From Candidatus Obscuribacteraceae bacterium (GTDB lineage Bacteria; Cyanobacteriota; Vampirovibrionia; Obscuribacterales; Obscuribacteraceae): a stretch of 64,000 bases of DNA. The translations under genes were made by a program, and so were the position numbers. The stretch lies in the NCBI GenBank assembly GCA_044226015.1, contig JBGAHS010000003.1, positions 352,001 to 416,000 of the forward strand. Reading direction: 5' to 3'. A model generated the notes under the pieces. The model had not been told where the DNA came from. It made no database searches and saw only the letters and a list, made by a program, of their open reading frames with translations. Below are positions 40,486-49,626 of this stretch, one piece after another; within the stretch, counting starts at the first letter, position 1; every line of letters starts with the position of its first letter.

Positions 40486-41550
40486 CTACTTATTCAGCAA
40501 ATCAATACATTCCTGCGGCATCTTACTGAGCGGGTATGGCTTATACGGCTCCGATTCCGCTGCAGGTTTGCTGTTATAAGGCGGCTCTTTTGCCGTTTTT
40601 TTCATCCAATCGCTCAATTCCTCACCGCAACCATCGCCATCCGGCGGTGGGTCTTGCTCAACACAGGGTTCACCAGGAGGGCACTTCAGCCTCACGTGAA
40701 TATGATCATCGTGACCTTCCCAGGGCCGCAAGCGACGCAGCCAGACAGCGTCAGAACCATCTGCGCTCTTGCAACTACACAGGTACTTCTTTATCGCGGG
40801 AGTCACAAATATTCGTGCAACATTGTCATCTTGAGCCGCAGTGCGAACAAAATTCGCATGCGCCGGAGTCCAAATGCTCATATCCAGCTCTGCAGAATCA
40901 ATCTTTAGAACAGAGCCTGCACTCAGCGACTCTCGTTGCGCTTCGGTCAACTTATGTGCAGGAGCTTGCGTGAGCCAAATATCTACATCAGTTCCACGCT
41001 GATGACTTGCATGTCCGCTCGGCATAGGACCACCGCGCGGCATGCTCATGTCTCCCACCAAAAGTCCATTCCACCCAACTTTCGGAACACGTCGCCCTAG
41101 TTTTTCAACATATTCAACCATGGTCGGATGACCCCAAAATCGATTTCTCGATGGACGCATCACTTGCCACCCCGGTCCATCAGCTGGAAGTTTCACAGCA
41201 CCTCCAAGACAGCCGCAGGTCGCCTGGCCGATTGAACGCGGTGGACCAGCGCTTGCTGTCTTCTTATCTGCAAAAACCCTGCGCGCATCGGGCTCAGAAC
41301 CCTCAGAACTTGAGCCAACGCCTTCTGATTTATTTCCGTCGGGTGAAACAGGCGCTGATTCCTTTATTTGCGAGTCTGAATTTTGAGCCAGTTTTGTGCG
41401 TCTAAATTGAGCTGGCATCACCTCTGCTTGTTTTGGAGACGCCGCCTGTCCTGGAGACACTGCCTGTTTTGCTTCTGCAGCATTCGTTCCTGCATCAAAA
41501 ACAAAAAGGACTAACAAAAGAGCGCAAAAGAATTTCCCAGCTGAAAACAT
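40486..41550 (-). CDS. mepA: Penicillin-insensitive murein DD-endopeptidase
   Basis: SRNRFWGHP, GDMSMPRGGPM, GHASHQRGTDVDIW, HDDHIHVRLKC; likely start MFSAGK with signal peptide. Confidence 0.93.
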   Translation of the reverse strand: MFSAGKFFCALLLVLFVFDAGTNAAEAKQAVSPGQAASPKQAEVMPAQFRRTKLAQNSDSQIKESAPVSPDGNKSEGVGSSSEGSEPDARRVFADKKTASAGPPRSIGQATCGCLGGAVKLPADGPGWQVMRPSRNRFWGHPTMVEYVEKLGRRVPKVGWNGLLVGDMSMPRGGPMPSGHASHQRGTDVDIWLTQAPAHKLTEAQRESLSAGSVLKIDSAELDMSIWTPAHANFVRTAAQDDNVARIFVTPAIKKYLCSCKSADGSDAVWLRRLRPWEGHDDHIHVRLKCPPGEPCVEQDPPPDGDGCGEELSDWMKKTAKEPPYNSKPAAESEPYKPYPLSKMPQECIDLLNK

Positions 41551-41950
41551 AAGACCCCTAATTAAACCGGCGCTGTGAGAGTATAAAGGATCTCGCCCGG
41601 CAAAAACGCAAGTAATCTTGATTTCATTACGCCAAATCAGCACAAGCATCAAAAGAATTCAGGTGCAAAGATACAAACTAAGTAGTCTCCTCACCTACAT
41701 GGCTGAGCCAAAAACACTACATGTGCTTCGACTAACTCGAAGCCCCAGAGCGACACCACAGGCAGTGGCACAATCACACCCCCTTCCTGGCGCTTATTTC
41801 GAGCTCTCGAAGCTAGCGAAATTGAGAGGTAGTCAATTGCTTGCAATTAGCCCTGTGCACCTGACGACCGAAGAGGTAGAATCAATATGGAACCTTTCGT
41901 TCCACTTACTACCCAAACCTGACTAGCGACCACTGGGAGCTTAGCTTCAT

Positions 41951-44191
41951 TTGCCCAAACAACTAAAAGCAATTCTTTTCGTCTGCTTCTTTCTCTCGGG
42001 ATTTTGCGGACTACTTTATCAGATAGTCTGGCTGCGTCTTGCTTACGCGTCATTCGGCATAGTCACGCCCGTTCTCTCTGTTGTGGTTTCAATGTTCATG
42101 GCTGGACTCTGCATCGGGTCAGTTATGGCAGGCAAGCTTTCTGTTTCCGCCAGCAAAAAAATACATGTTTCGGCGATTCAACTCTACGGCGTAACAGAGC
42201 TACTCATAGGTGTCGGCGGCATTGCCGTTCCTTATCTCTACAGTTTTTCAGAACAGCTACTTTTACACGCTGGTTCAAGCGACTCATTCTCATACCTGGC
42301 ATTATCGGCGGTCTGCGTCGCAATAAGCATCTTGCCCTGGTGCATACTTATGGGTTGCACTTATCCACTGATGCTTACATTTGCAAAACAACAAGAAACT
42401 GACTCATCCTTCTTCAGCTTCCTTTATTGGGCGAATGTAATGGGCGCCACAGCTGGGGTTTTGATAAGCGCATTCATCATGATTGAACTGCTGGGCTTCC
42501 GAAACTCGCTAGCGGTCGGCGCTTTCTTGAACGCCTCAGTCGCAGCACTAGCATTCTACGTCAGCAAGGCATTCCCGGTAGCAACGCTTGATGAAAAATG
42601 CGACGAAATTTCCGCGGAGCAATCAGCCAACAAAGCACAACCGATGCAACTCTTATTGCTATTCGTGGGCGGCTTCTGTTCCATGGCAATGGAGGTTGTC
42701 TGGTCGCGTGCATTCATGCCTGTGCTGGGAACAGCTATCTATTCTTTCGCCCTGCTCTTATTCGTCTATTTGCTCAGCACGGCGCTCGGAAGCCGACACT
42801 ATCTGCGGGACAAAGCCGCAGGAAAAGTTCGAACGATTGGATTTCTTCTTTCTACAACTGCCTTTTGCGCGTTCATGCCCGTTGTTCTGAACGGCTTTCA
42901 ACCGGAATCAATTTATATCAATCCGAATCTCGCAGAAATGGGTTTGCGCTCATTCCTCTCCCTCTTCAGCATTGCTCCATTTTGCTTCTTTCTGGGGTAT
43001 TTAACACCAAAGCTAATCGATGATATCTCGCATGGGCTGCCTGAATCAGCAGGCAACTCCTACGCCATCAATTCAATCGGATGTATAGTGGGCCCTCTCG
43101 TCGCATCATATTTCTTGCTGCCAAACCTGGGAGCGCGAGCCTCACATCTTGTTCTAAATCTGGTTCTAGTCCTTGTCGCCGCATGGTTTTTAAAGAGCGA
43201 AAAGAATCCTAAGTGGGCAATTCAGACAGCATGTATGATGGCGCTGCTAGGTGTCGGCGTATTTCTCTGTGGCTCATACGACGAACCAAAATTGCCAGAC
43301 GCAAAAATCTACAGAGACCACGTAGGAACCGTTCTCGCATATTCTCGTGACGGTGAAAAACAGCTCATGGTCAACGGTCGCAGCATGACTAATATCAGAG
43401 CTTTCTTGAAGATGATGGCTCACTATCCAATAGTATTGCATAAGGGACCGGTCAAGAAATCGCTCGTTATCTGCCTTGGTATGGGCACTACATTCAGGTC
43501 TTTGATGAGCTGGGGTCATGAGACAAAAGCTGTTGAATTAGTACCAGGCGTGAAAGCAGCTTTGACCAATTTCTATACTGACGTCAATGACAAAACGCAA
43601 AACATAATTGTGGACGATGGGCGCCGATTCCTAAAACGAAGCAACGAGAAATTCGACATCATCACACTCGACCCGCCACCACCAGTAGAGGCAGCTGGCT
43701 CTAGCTTGTTATACACAAAAGAATTCACACAAGTGCTGAAAGAGCATCTCAATCCAGATGGCATCTTGCAACAATGGTTTCCCAATGATGAAACCAAAGT
43801 GCTAAGCGCTGTTGGCGAAGCTCTAACAGAAAACTTCAAATATGTTCGGGTTTTCCAGAGTTCGGAAGGGTGGGGATACCATTTCATTTGCTCTGACACA
43901 CCAATTGAAATTCCTTCAATGGAAGAGATTAAAGCTAAACTTCCAGAACGTGCAATTGAAGACCTCAAGGAGGGCGCAGCTCCCTACGACAAAGAACATC
44001 CTATAGCGCCATTAGAACGCATAATAGAGTTTGAAATTCCGCTATCCGACATTCTCAAAGACAAAATGCCAGCAATTACAGATGACAGACCAATCAACGA
44101 ATATTGCGTCCTTAGACGCATTGCCACTGGCAAACCAGAAGAATGGCATTCTGTAAAAATTAGGAAGTCCAAGAAACAGCCGAGTAATTAA
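41951..44191 (+). CDS. Fused MFS-like membrane domain / spermidine synthase-like methyltransferase
   Basis: SGFCGLLYQIVW TM repeats; LVICLGMGTT, AVELVP, DDGRRF, DIITLDPPPP. Confidence 0.88.
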   Translation: MPKQLKAILFVCFFLSGFCGLLYQIVWLRLAYASFGIVTPVLSVVVSMFMAGLCIGSVMAGKLSVSASKKIHVSAIQLYGVTELLIGVGGIAVPYLYSFSEQLLLHAGSSDSFSYLALSAVCVAISILPWCILMGCTYPLMLTFAKQQETDSSFFSFLYWANVMGATAGVLISAFIMIELLGFRNSLAVGAFLNASVAALAFYVSKAFPVATLDEKCDEISAEQSANKAQPMQLLLLFVGGFCSMAMEVVWSRAFMPVLGTAIYSFALLLFVYLLSTALGSRHYLRDKAAGKVRTIGFLLSTTAFCAFMPVVLNGFQPESIYINPNLAEMGLRSFLSLFSIAPFCFFLGYLTPKLIDDISHGLPESAGNSYAINSIGCIVGPLVASYFLLPNLGARASHLVLNLVLVLVAAWFLKSEKNPKWAIQTACMMALLGVGVFLCGSYDEPKLPDAKIYRDHVGTVLAYSRDGEKQLMVNGRSMTNIRAFLKMMAHYPIVLHKGPVKKSLVICLGMGTTFRSLMSWGHETKAVELVPGVKAALTNFYTDVNDKTQNIIVDDGRRFLKRSNEKFDIITLDPPPPVEAAGSSLLYTKEFTQVLKEHLNPDGILQQWFPNDETKVLSAVGEALTENFKYVRVFQSSEGWGYHFICSDTPIEIPSMEEIKAKLPERAIEDLKEGAAPYDKEHPIAPLERIIEFEIPLSDILKDKMPAITDDRPINEYCVLRRIATGKPEEWHSVKIRKSKKQPSN

Positions 44192-44195
44192 TGCA

Positions 44196-44243
44196 AAGCC
44201 ACAGAGTAAAAGACTCTACGAAGCCACAGAGTAAAAGATTCTA
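44196..44243. repeat. Direct duplication with 25-bp period between convergent genes
   Basis: AAGCCACAGAGTAAAAGA(C/T)TCTA twice. Confidence 0.8.
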
Positions 44244-44268
44244 GTCCAAAAATACCAGCTTCTCGCAA

Positions 44269-45432
44269 TCAAAGCTCTTTTAAGCGCTGCAAAAATGCGG
44301 TCTGAGTTTGCTTCAAAGGAGCAAGAAGATGCTCATCGTGCGGGGCATCTATCTCAAACCAAAATGATAAAACACATCGGTTGGGCGACGGGTTCATTAT
44401 GCGCACATTCAATAGAACCATGTATTTACGTTGGTTCTGAGAAAATGAAAGCAACCAGTTTTTTGCAAGAATAGAATCGGCACCCGTCATTTCTGCAAGC
44501 ACAAGCTGCCAGTTTCTTCCAGCAAATGAGCTACCCTCAATTAGCTGCGAAATACTGGACATTGTCTCTTGCGCAGACCGCCCAGATATTCCCTTCAGTA
44601 CTGGATTAGCTCTGATCTGGTACACATCAATGTCTTCCGAAACATTTCTCCAGAATGGAATCGCAAGACAGACTGATGCAATTATCGCAAGCGCTCCAGA
44701 AACTGGACCCGGTTGAATATTCAGCAGCGGCAGGATGAAGGCTGAAAGCCACACAAACCCCAGAACAGGACCAAAATAAAACACAAGCCAGGCAAAAAAT
44801 GATGGTCCTTCTGCAGCCGAATTTTTCGAAATCATCAAATCATAAATATGAAGCTTTAGGCTTTTAGCAATCGGTTCAGGACCATAGAAATCTCGAGTCT
44901 TCGCAGAAGGATTGGAATTCTTAGATGCTGCCTGCTCATTCTCAGAAAACTGCCCAGCACGCCAGTATTCATAAGCACCTTCGTATGATTCTTTCGAATA
45001 CGAACGCTCAGCCCCTGGCGGCGGCGAACCTGGCTTCACATCAGGCTTGGGTGGTGGTGAGCTTGCCTTCTCGTGCGGTTTGGGCTCGGAACTAGGCTGC
45101 GGCTTGGGATGCGGCTTGGGATTCGGTTTAGGCTGCGGCGGCGGACTCGGGCGTGGCGTCGGACTCGGCTGGGGCGGAGGATGGGCAGCTGCTCCGGCAT
45201 TAAACCGAGTCGGTGGTGGACAATTCCTTGCACGCCACCAAGCGAGCAACTCATCGCGAGCAACATTGATTTCCTTCTGCTCGCGTTCGGCGCGCGCCTT
45301 CATTCGCTCATTGATGAAATTTGTGGGCGCCATTAGCGCAGCCCACTCCTTCCAGCTCTTCTGAATATCGTCTGGTCCCGCCCCCTTAGGCAAACGAAGA
45401 ACCTCGTAATACTTGTCGTAGTCCTTACTCAT
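44269..45432 (-). CDS. J-domain-like membrane protein (HPD replaced by APT) with Pro-rich linker
   Basis: YYEVLRL....DDIQKSWKE..LMAPT...EINVARDEL; PQPSP/PKP linker; two TM helices. Confidence 0.75.
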   Translation of the reverse strand: MSKDYDKYYEVLRLPKGAGPDDIQKSWKEWAALMAPTNFINERMKARAEREQKEINVARDELLAWWRARNCPPPTRFNAGAAAHPPPQPSPTPRPSPPPQPKPNPKPHPKPQPSSEPKPHEKASSPPPKPDVKPGSPPPGAERSYSKESYEGAYEYWRAGQFSENEQAASKNSNPSAKTRDFYGPEPIAKSLKLHIYDLMISKNSAAEGPSFFAWLVFYFGPVLGFVWLSAFILPLLNIQPGPVSGALAIIASVCLAIPFWRNVSEDIDVYQIRANPVLKGISGRSAQETMSSISQLIEGSSFAGRNWQLVLAEMTGADSILAKNWLLSFSQNQRKYMVLLNVRIMNPSPNRCVLSFWFEIDAPHDEHLLAPLKQTQTAFLQRLKEL

Positions 45433-45818
45433 CGCCCCTCCACGAACGAAAGTTTACACCTATTCTCGGAAGGCAAGATTATTTTGGGAGGAAATTCACA
45501 TCAAAAGAAGTCTGGCAGCTCACTCTCCATTTTCGACTCAATCGTATGAAGCTGCCCCTAAGATGCCCGGTTTGATGGCAGATGCGCTCTACAAATCCGA
45601 AAGAAGAAAACGCAATGCCTGAGCCATTTCTAGCGTTGCCCAGCTCCATCTTCTTTGTGGATCTAGCTGCTTCGCTTGCCTTTTCCTTTTGCATGATTTG
45701 GCCACAGCTAACTCACGACATTTCGCCCTCCGAAAATGCAAATTATCTAAGCTCTACGGTGCTCACCGAATACCTACCAAGATTTCAATTTCTACTATAT
45801 GTATGACTAGTATCAATG

Positions 45819-45859
45819 TTTTTGAAAGAACCGCTTGCTTTGAGCGGTTCTTTCAAAAA
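45819..45859. terminator. Perfect 17-bp inverted repeat at the end of the minus-strand array
   Basis: TTTTTGAAAGAACCGCT-tgctttg-AGCGGTTCTTTCAAAAA. Confidence 0.65.
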
Positions 45860-45939
45860 TGGAGCGCCTCGGGCGAGAACGCTCTCAATTAATTTAGCCG
45901 TGCCGTGAACGAGAGCAAGCTCACTGCGCTAGAAGCAGA

Positions 45940-46050
45940 TTAGCGCTTGCTCTCGGATATCGTGGTGCCTATATTGGCAATGATTGGAGTGCCGATAACA
46001 AAAGCCAAAACACCGACCACTATCAACATGTTCCACATAAAGTCAGTCAT
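45940..46050 (-). CDS. 36-aa single-TM small protein (not in ORF track)
   Basis: MTDFMWNMLIVVGVLAFVIGTPIIANIGTTISESKR*; GAAAGAG upstream; sits between two hairpins in the array. Confidence 0.55.
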   Translation of the reverse strand: MTDFMWNMLIVVGVLAFVIGTPIIANIGTTISESKR

Positions 46051-46099
46051 TGTGCTCAAACTCTTTCAATCGAAGACAAAAAACAAAAACTTACACCCA

Positions 46100-46134
46100 A
46101 GCAGGGAGGACACTCAATGAGCACCCTCCCTGCT
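46100..46134 (-). terminator. 16-bp hairpin after 46161-46487
   Basis: AGCAGGGAGGGUGCUC-AUU-GAGUGUCCUCCCUGCU; GU pairs work only on the minus strand; U-rich downstream. Confidence 0.7.
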
Positions 46135-46160
46135 ACCAAACGAATCTTGCAGAATGCGAA

Positions 46161-46487
46161 TCAGCCCTTCATCTTGGAGTTGATGAACTTCAAGATTTGG
46201 GGGAGAAAGCGCATCGTCAGGAAGCCCGCAACAGCACAAGTAACGCCGCTGCCCAAGAAGGCATAGTCGCTACCAGCCAGAGCGTAGCTCATCGAGAGAG
46301 CCAGCACGATCTTGACGATCTGCACCGGCCAGAAGGTGAAGACCTGCACCAGCAAGACGAAGATGAAGATCTCCCAACCACCGGGCGAGCGGTTCTCGTC
46401 AGTGACGGTCTTGGCGCCGAGCAAGCTGCCCAGCATGCCGCAGAAGTAGGCGAACAGAGCGACACCGAGGAAAGACCAGATTGACAT
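46161..46487 (-). CDS. Small membrane protein
   Basis: 108 aa, ~3 hydrophobic segments, AGGAG RBS. Confidence 0.7.
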   Translation of the reverse strand: MSIWSFLGVALFAYFCGMLGSLLGAKTVTDENRSPGGWEIFIFVLLVQVFTFWPVQIVKIVLALSMSYALAGSDYAFLGSGVTCAVAGFLTMRFLPQILKFINSKMKG

Positions 46488-46533
46488 AGCTGACTCCTGA
46501 TTGGTGATTGAAACGGAAAAGACGCATATGTAG

Positions 46534-46570
46534 AAAACCGGGGAGAACAGTAGGTACTGTTCTCCCCGGT
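46534..46570 (-). terminator. Perfect 16-bp hairpin with short U tract
   Basis: ACCGGGGAGAACAGTA-gg-TACTGTTCTCCCCGGT, UUUU follows on the minus strand. Confidence 0.8.
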
Positions 46571-46602
46571 CGTTAGCAAGGGAACGCGCGACTTCTATTG
46601 CC

Positions 46603-47571
46603 TTAGCCGCGCAGACCGTGACGGCGAAGCAAATCCTTGCCAGCGGAGCGCTTGCTCACGGCATAGACTTTGCTGCCCCACTCCACTTCGAAACAGTCCT
46701 TGCCGTCGTCGACGTAGCGCAGGGGCTTACGAACGTACGCCAGAACATCCAGGAAGATGTCCTTGGGCAGGCTCGCGTAGTCCTCGGCGCTGCGAGGTTC
46801 GGGTGCAGTAACGGGAGCGAATTCGACCACGTACCAGAGTCCGTCCACCTTCACCAGCTTGCTCAGGTCGCTGATATCAACCTGCTCAAAGCGGCGCTTC
46901 GGCTCGTCCTTCGGCTGCGGCTTCACCTGCTCGAGCGTACCGTGCTCGGGGTGCACGTAGAAGCGCCCGGCGATGAGCTGGTTGTAACTAGCAGATCTGG
47001 TGAAGTCGTGGACCGCGCCGTTTTCACCGAAGAAAACGGTCTCGCAGACCAGGCGCTCGAAGGTATCGAGCACGTGCTGGCGCGCAGCAAAACGCTGCGG
47101 CAAGCGACGAGCGAACTCTTCCTTGACGAAGGAAATGGGCTCGCCGAGGTGCTTGGTCAGGAAGCGAATCAGCGGACCGAAACCAACCAGACAGTTGCGC
47201 TCTTCGTAGCGGTTCATGCGACGCATGGACTCGCGCTGCGGCAAGAGCGAGGCGGCGTCGTCGCTGTCGCAAACAACCGAATCATCCAAGAAGGACTTCG
47301 GGCGAACGAGCAGCTTCAGAAGCACTGAATTGCCGCGGGCGGAAGCGCTGATGGTTTCCAGCACTTCGTAGTAGCTGAGCATCGAGTCGTCAGCGTAGAA
47401 TTCGAGAACGACCGGCTCGTCGCGGTCGGCTTCCACCGGCGAGCCGAAGTCTTCGTCACGCTGGATGTACTGGGTTTGGGGGTCGATGCTCTTCAGGAGC
47501 TGGAGAAACTTGGCTCGAGCGTAGCCACGGTGTTTACGAGGCATCGAGCGGGTGTTCAGCATAAGCGTCAT
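46603..47571 (-). CDS. Conserved-looking hypothetical protein
   Basis: AAGGA RBS before MTLMLN; strong GC3 bias; LP.RESMR, PL.RFL..G.P, YVHP..G.L, VDG.WY, YAVSKR segments look family-conserved. Confidence 0.7.
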   Translation of the reverse strand: MTLMLNTRSMPRKHRGYARAKFLQLLKSIDPQTQYIQRDEDFGSPVEADRDEPVVLEFYADDSMLSYYEVLETISASARGNSVLLKLLVRPKSFLDDSVVCDSDDAASLLPQRESMRRMNRYEERNCLVGFGPLIRFLTKHLGEPISFVKEEFARRLPQRFAARQHVLDTFERLVCETVFFGENGAVHDFTRSASYNQLIAGRFYVHPEHGTLEQVKPQPKDEPKRRFEQVDISDLSKLVKVDGLWYVVEFAPVTAPEPRSAEDYASLPKDIFLDVLAYVRKPLRYVDDGKDCFEVEWGSKVYAVSKRSAGKDLLRRHGLRG

Positions 47572-47597
47572 GCAAATTTCCTTGTTGAATTTTTTTG

Positions 47598-47752
47598 AAA
47601 AAAAACAATAGTGCACTTCGGCGCTCGCCGAAGTACTTGTGCCGCTGTACAGCAGCGGTTTCTGGTCACCGCCATCATAGATGGGGCTAGACAAAGCAAA
47701 GCGAACAGAGCCGCAACTCCATTCGCTTTGCCAGATCTGAACCAAGGTTCAG
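47598..47752 (-). ncRNA. Candidate structured leader RNA (five consecutive hairpins + U tract)
   Basis: Stems at 47737-52, 47696-731, 47672-84, 47642-58, 47613-36; GU pairs favour the minus strand. Confidence 0.45.
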
Positions 47753-47767
47753 TTAAAAGTCCGAAAG

Positions 47768-48241
47768 TTACATCAGGCGTCGGTCATGCGGTTTCGGTTC
47801 GTCCGCTTTGCTTGAAGAGGGTTCCAGCTTCCAATCGCTTGCGTTTGCAAAATCAATTTCGCTGACAGAACCATTCTTGTCGTAGCGAATCACCGTTCCG
47901 TCTGTGTAGGACAGCACCCACTTTCCGTCGATGTAACCAATGCAAGGCTCAGACTCACCCGGGCGTGCCGCAAGAGATGTAGCACGCAGCGAACGAGGCA
48001 TCCACCAGAGCATCAGCTGAATACGACCGATTACTGCAGCGACGATTCCCACGCCGACCGCCATGGCGAAACCAAAGCTCTCCATCTTCAGCAGACACGC
48101 CAGTCCGAAGATAGCGAGCACAACGAACAGGTTCGTCCACAGTCCTTTGATGAGACTGCGCTCGAAAGTGGCGCCACGACCGAACTGGAAGCCGACCATG
48201 AGACCGAGACCAATACCAATCAACATAGCAATCCAAGGCAT
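47768..48241 (-). CDS. Membrane protein, hypothetical
   Basis: Three TM segments, GGAG RBS. Confidence 0.65.
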   Translation of the reverse strand: MPWIAMLIGIGLGLMVGFQFGRGATFERSLIKGLWTNLFVVLAIFGLACLLKMESFGFAMAVGVGIVAAVIGRIQLMLWWMPRSLRATSLAARPGESEPCIGYIDGKWVLSYTDGTVIRYDKNGSVSEIDFANASDWKLEPSSSKADEPKPHDRRLM

Positions 48242-48280
48242 AGGCAAATTCTCCAGGAGTTAAAGTGAAACCGTTAAAAC

Positions 48281-48315
48281 GGGGCAACTGCTTTCACCTG
48301 TAGGCAGCCGCTCCC
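48281..48315 (-). terminator. Hairpin + U tract after 48336-48575
   Basis: Minus strand GGGAGCGGCUGC...GCAGUUGCCCC-GUUUU. Confidence 0.6.
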
Positions 48316-48335
48316 ACGAACTAGTGCAGACATCG

Positions 48336-48575
48336 TCAGCAATCAAGCTTGGCATTGCTCAAACAGCGACACACAAAGCCGACGACGGTTCCCACAAAGA
48401 AACAGCCTGCTGCAGCACCGCAATCGCCCGAACCAGTAGCAAAGAGTCCGATTGCGAAGACAGCCACGCCGACGAGCAATTGCCACCCAAATGAAGGCGT
48501 CTTGCTCGAAGAAATACAGCAAATAGCTACGCCGAAAACAAAAGCCACCGCGTTCATAACGTTCAACTCGTCCAT
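48336..48575 (-). CDS. Small Cys-containing membrane protein
   Basis: 79 aa, three hydrophobic segments. Confidence 0.6.
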   Translation of the reverse strand: MDELNVMNAVAFVFGVAICCISSSKTPSFGWQLLVGVAVFAIGLFATGSGDCGAAAGCFFVGTVVGFVCRCLSNAKLDC

Positions 48576-48616
48576 CTTATTCCAAATCCCATATACAAGA
48601 AGATCTCAAACTAAGA

Positions 48617-48643
48617 GGGGCGACTGCGAAGTGCAGTCGCCCC
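48617..48643 (-). terminator. Perfect 11-bp GC hairpin after vWA operon
   Basis: GGGGCGACTGC-gaagt-GCAGTCGCCCC. Confidence 0.65.
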
Positions 48644-48669
48644 AGGATTTCGGCTACTCAGGAAATCGC

Positions 48670-49626
48670 TTAAGAGCGATAACGTGGCAGCACTCCGATT
48701 GCCTCCTCGACCAGCTCGCCGAGGTTCGACAGTTCGGCTGGCGTCAAAAGCAAGCTGGCGTAGATGACTCGCTGACAGTACTGACTGACGAGCGTGAGGC
48801 TCATCAGGTCAGGACTTTCCGCATCAGCACGAGCCATCAAGTCTTGCACTGTCACTGCGTCGACGTTGAAGAGTCGGCGCATCAAGCCGTCCAGGGCACG
48901 CATGTGCTCAGGCTGTTCTTCACCAGCCTTGAGTTGCTCGACGATTTTGCGAACCTGCTTGATGGCTTTCTCCCACGCATCCGAGCCCGGAATCAGCTGC
49001 TCCTTCTTCTTGCGAAACTTGAGCACCGGACGCTTCAGCAGATACCAGAAGGAAGCGACCATCGCTGCGCAAGCAATGCTGGCAACAGCGATGTTCATTA
49101 GCCATCCGTAACTGCTGATGAACACGAACGGCGGGTCCTTCGGATGCTTACTGCGCTGGTCACCATCGAAGGTGCGACTGGTGGAGAACTCCAGGTCAGG
49201 AAGCTGGAAATCCTGACGCTTGCGTGAACCACCTACCGAGTACTCAATCTTCATGTTGGCAGAAACCTTCTGCTCGAACACGAGATTTTGCAGCTGCGCA
49301 TCCAGGCGCAGAACCTCCGAGCCGTCGGGGAAGGCACGCGACGCGACAGCCACATCGCGCACCTTGGTGTTGCCGTTGACGAGCAAGCTCTTGGTGTTGC
49401 ATTTGATACCAGCGGGCTGCCGGATGTAAATGCGCACCTTGATGATGTCGCCAGTGCGGTAGCCGAAGTCCGGCTCCAACTCGACCACGGCAGAGGGCTT
49501 GTCTTCAGCCGCGACCGGAAACTCCGGCACGGACATCGGACGACAGAGCTGCCGGTATGCACTGAAGCTGGCAGCAGCCAGCAGCGCCAGTGCCAGCGCT
49601 GCGTAAAAACATCGTTTCGCTTTCAT
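48670..49626 (-). CDS. MxaA/BatD-like membrane-anchored protein
   Basis: PDFGYRTGDII motif resembling MxaA; N-terminal signal, internal TM; TAATG coupling to the upstream vWA gene. Confidence 0.6.
   Translation of the reverse strand: MKAKRCFYAALALALLAAASFSAYRQLCRPMSVPEFPVAAEDKPSAVVELEPDFGYRTGDIIKVRIYIRQPAGIKCNTKSLLVNGNTKVRDVAVASRAFPDGSEVLRLDAQLQNLVFEQKVSANMKIEYSVGGSRKRQDFQLPDLEFSTSRTFDGDQRSKHPKDPPFVFISSYGWLMNIAVASIACAAMVASFWYLLKRPVLKFRKKKEQLIPGSDAWEKAIKQVRKIVEQLKAGEEQPEHMRALDGLMRRLFNVDAVTVQDLMARADAESPDLMSLTLVSQYCQRVIYASLLLTPAELSNLGELVEEAIGVLPRYRS

Noticed and set aside
46618..47328. Long plus-strand ORFs opposite array genes (also 48349-49101, 58459-59043, 63170-63712)
   Set aside because: Antisense shadows expected from high GC3 codon bias; the opposite strand has RBS and motifs
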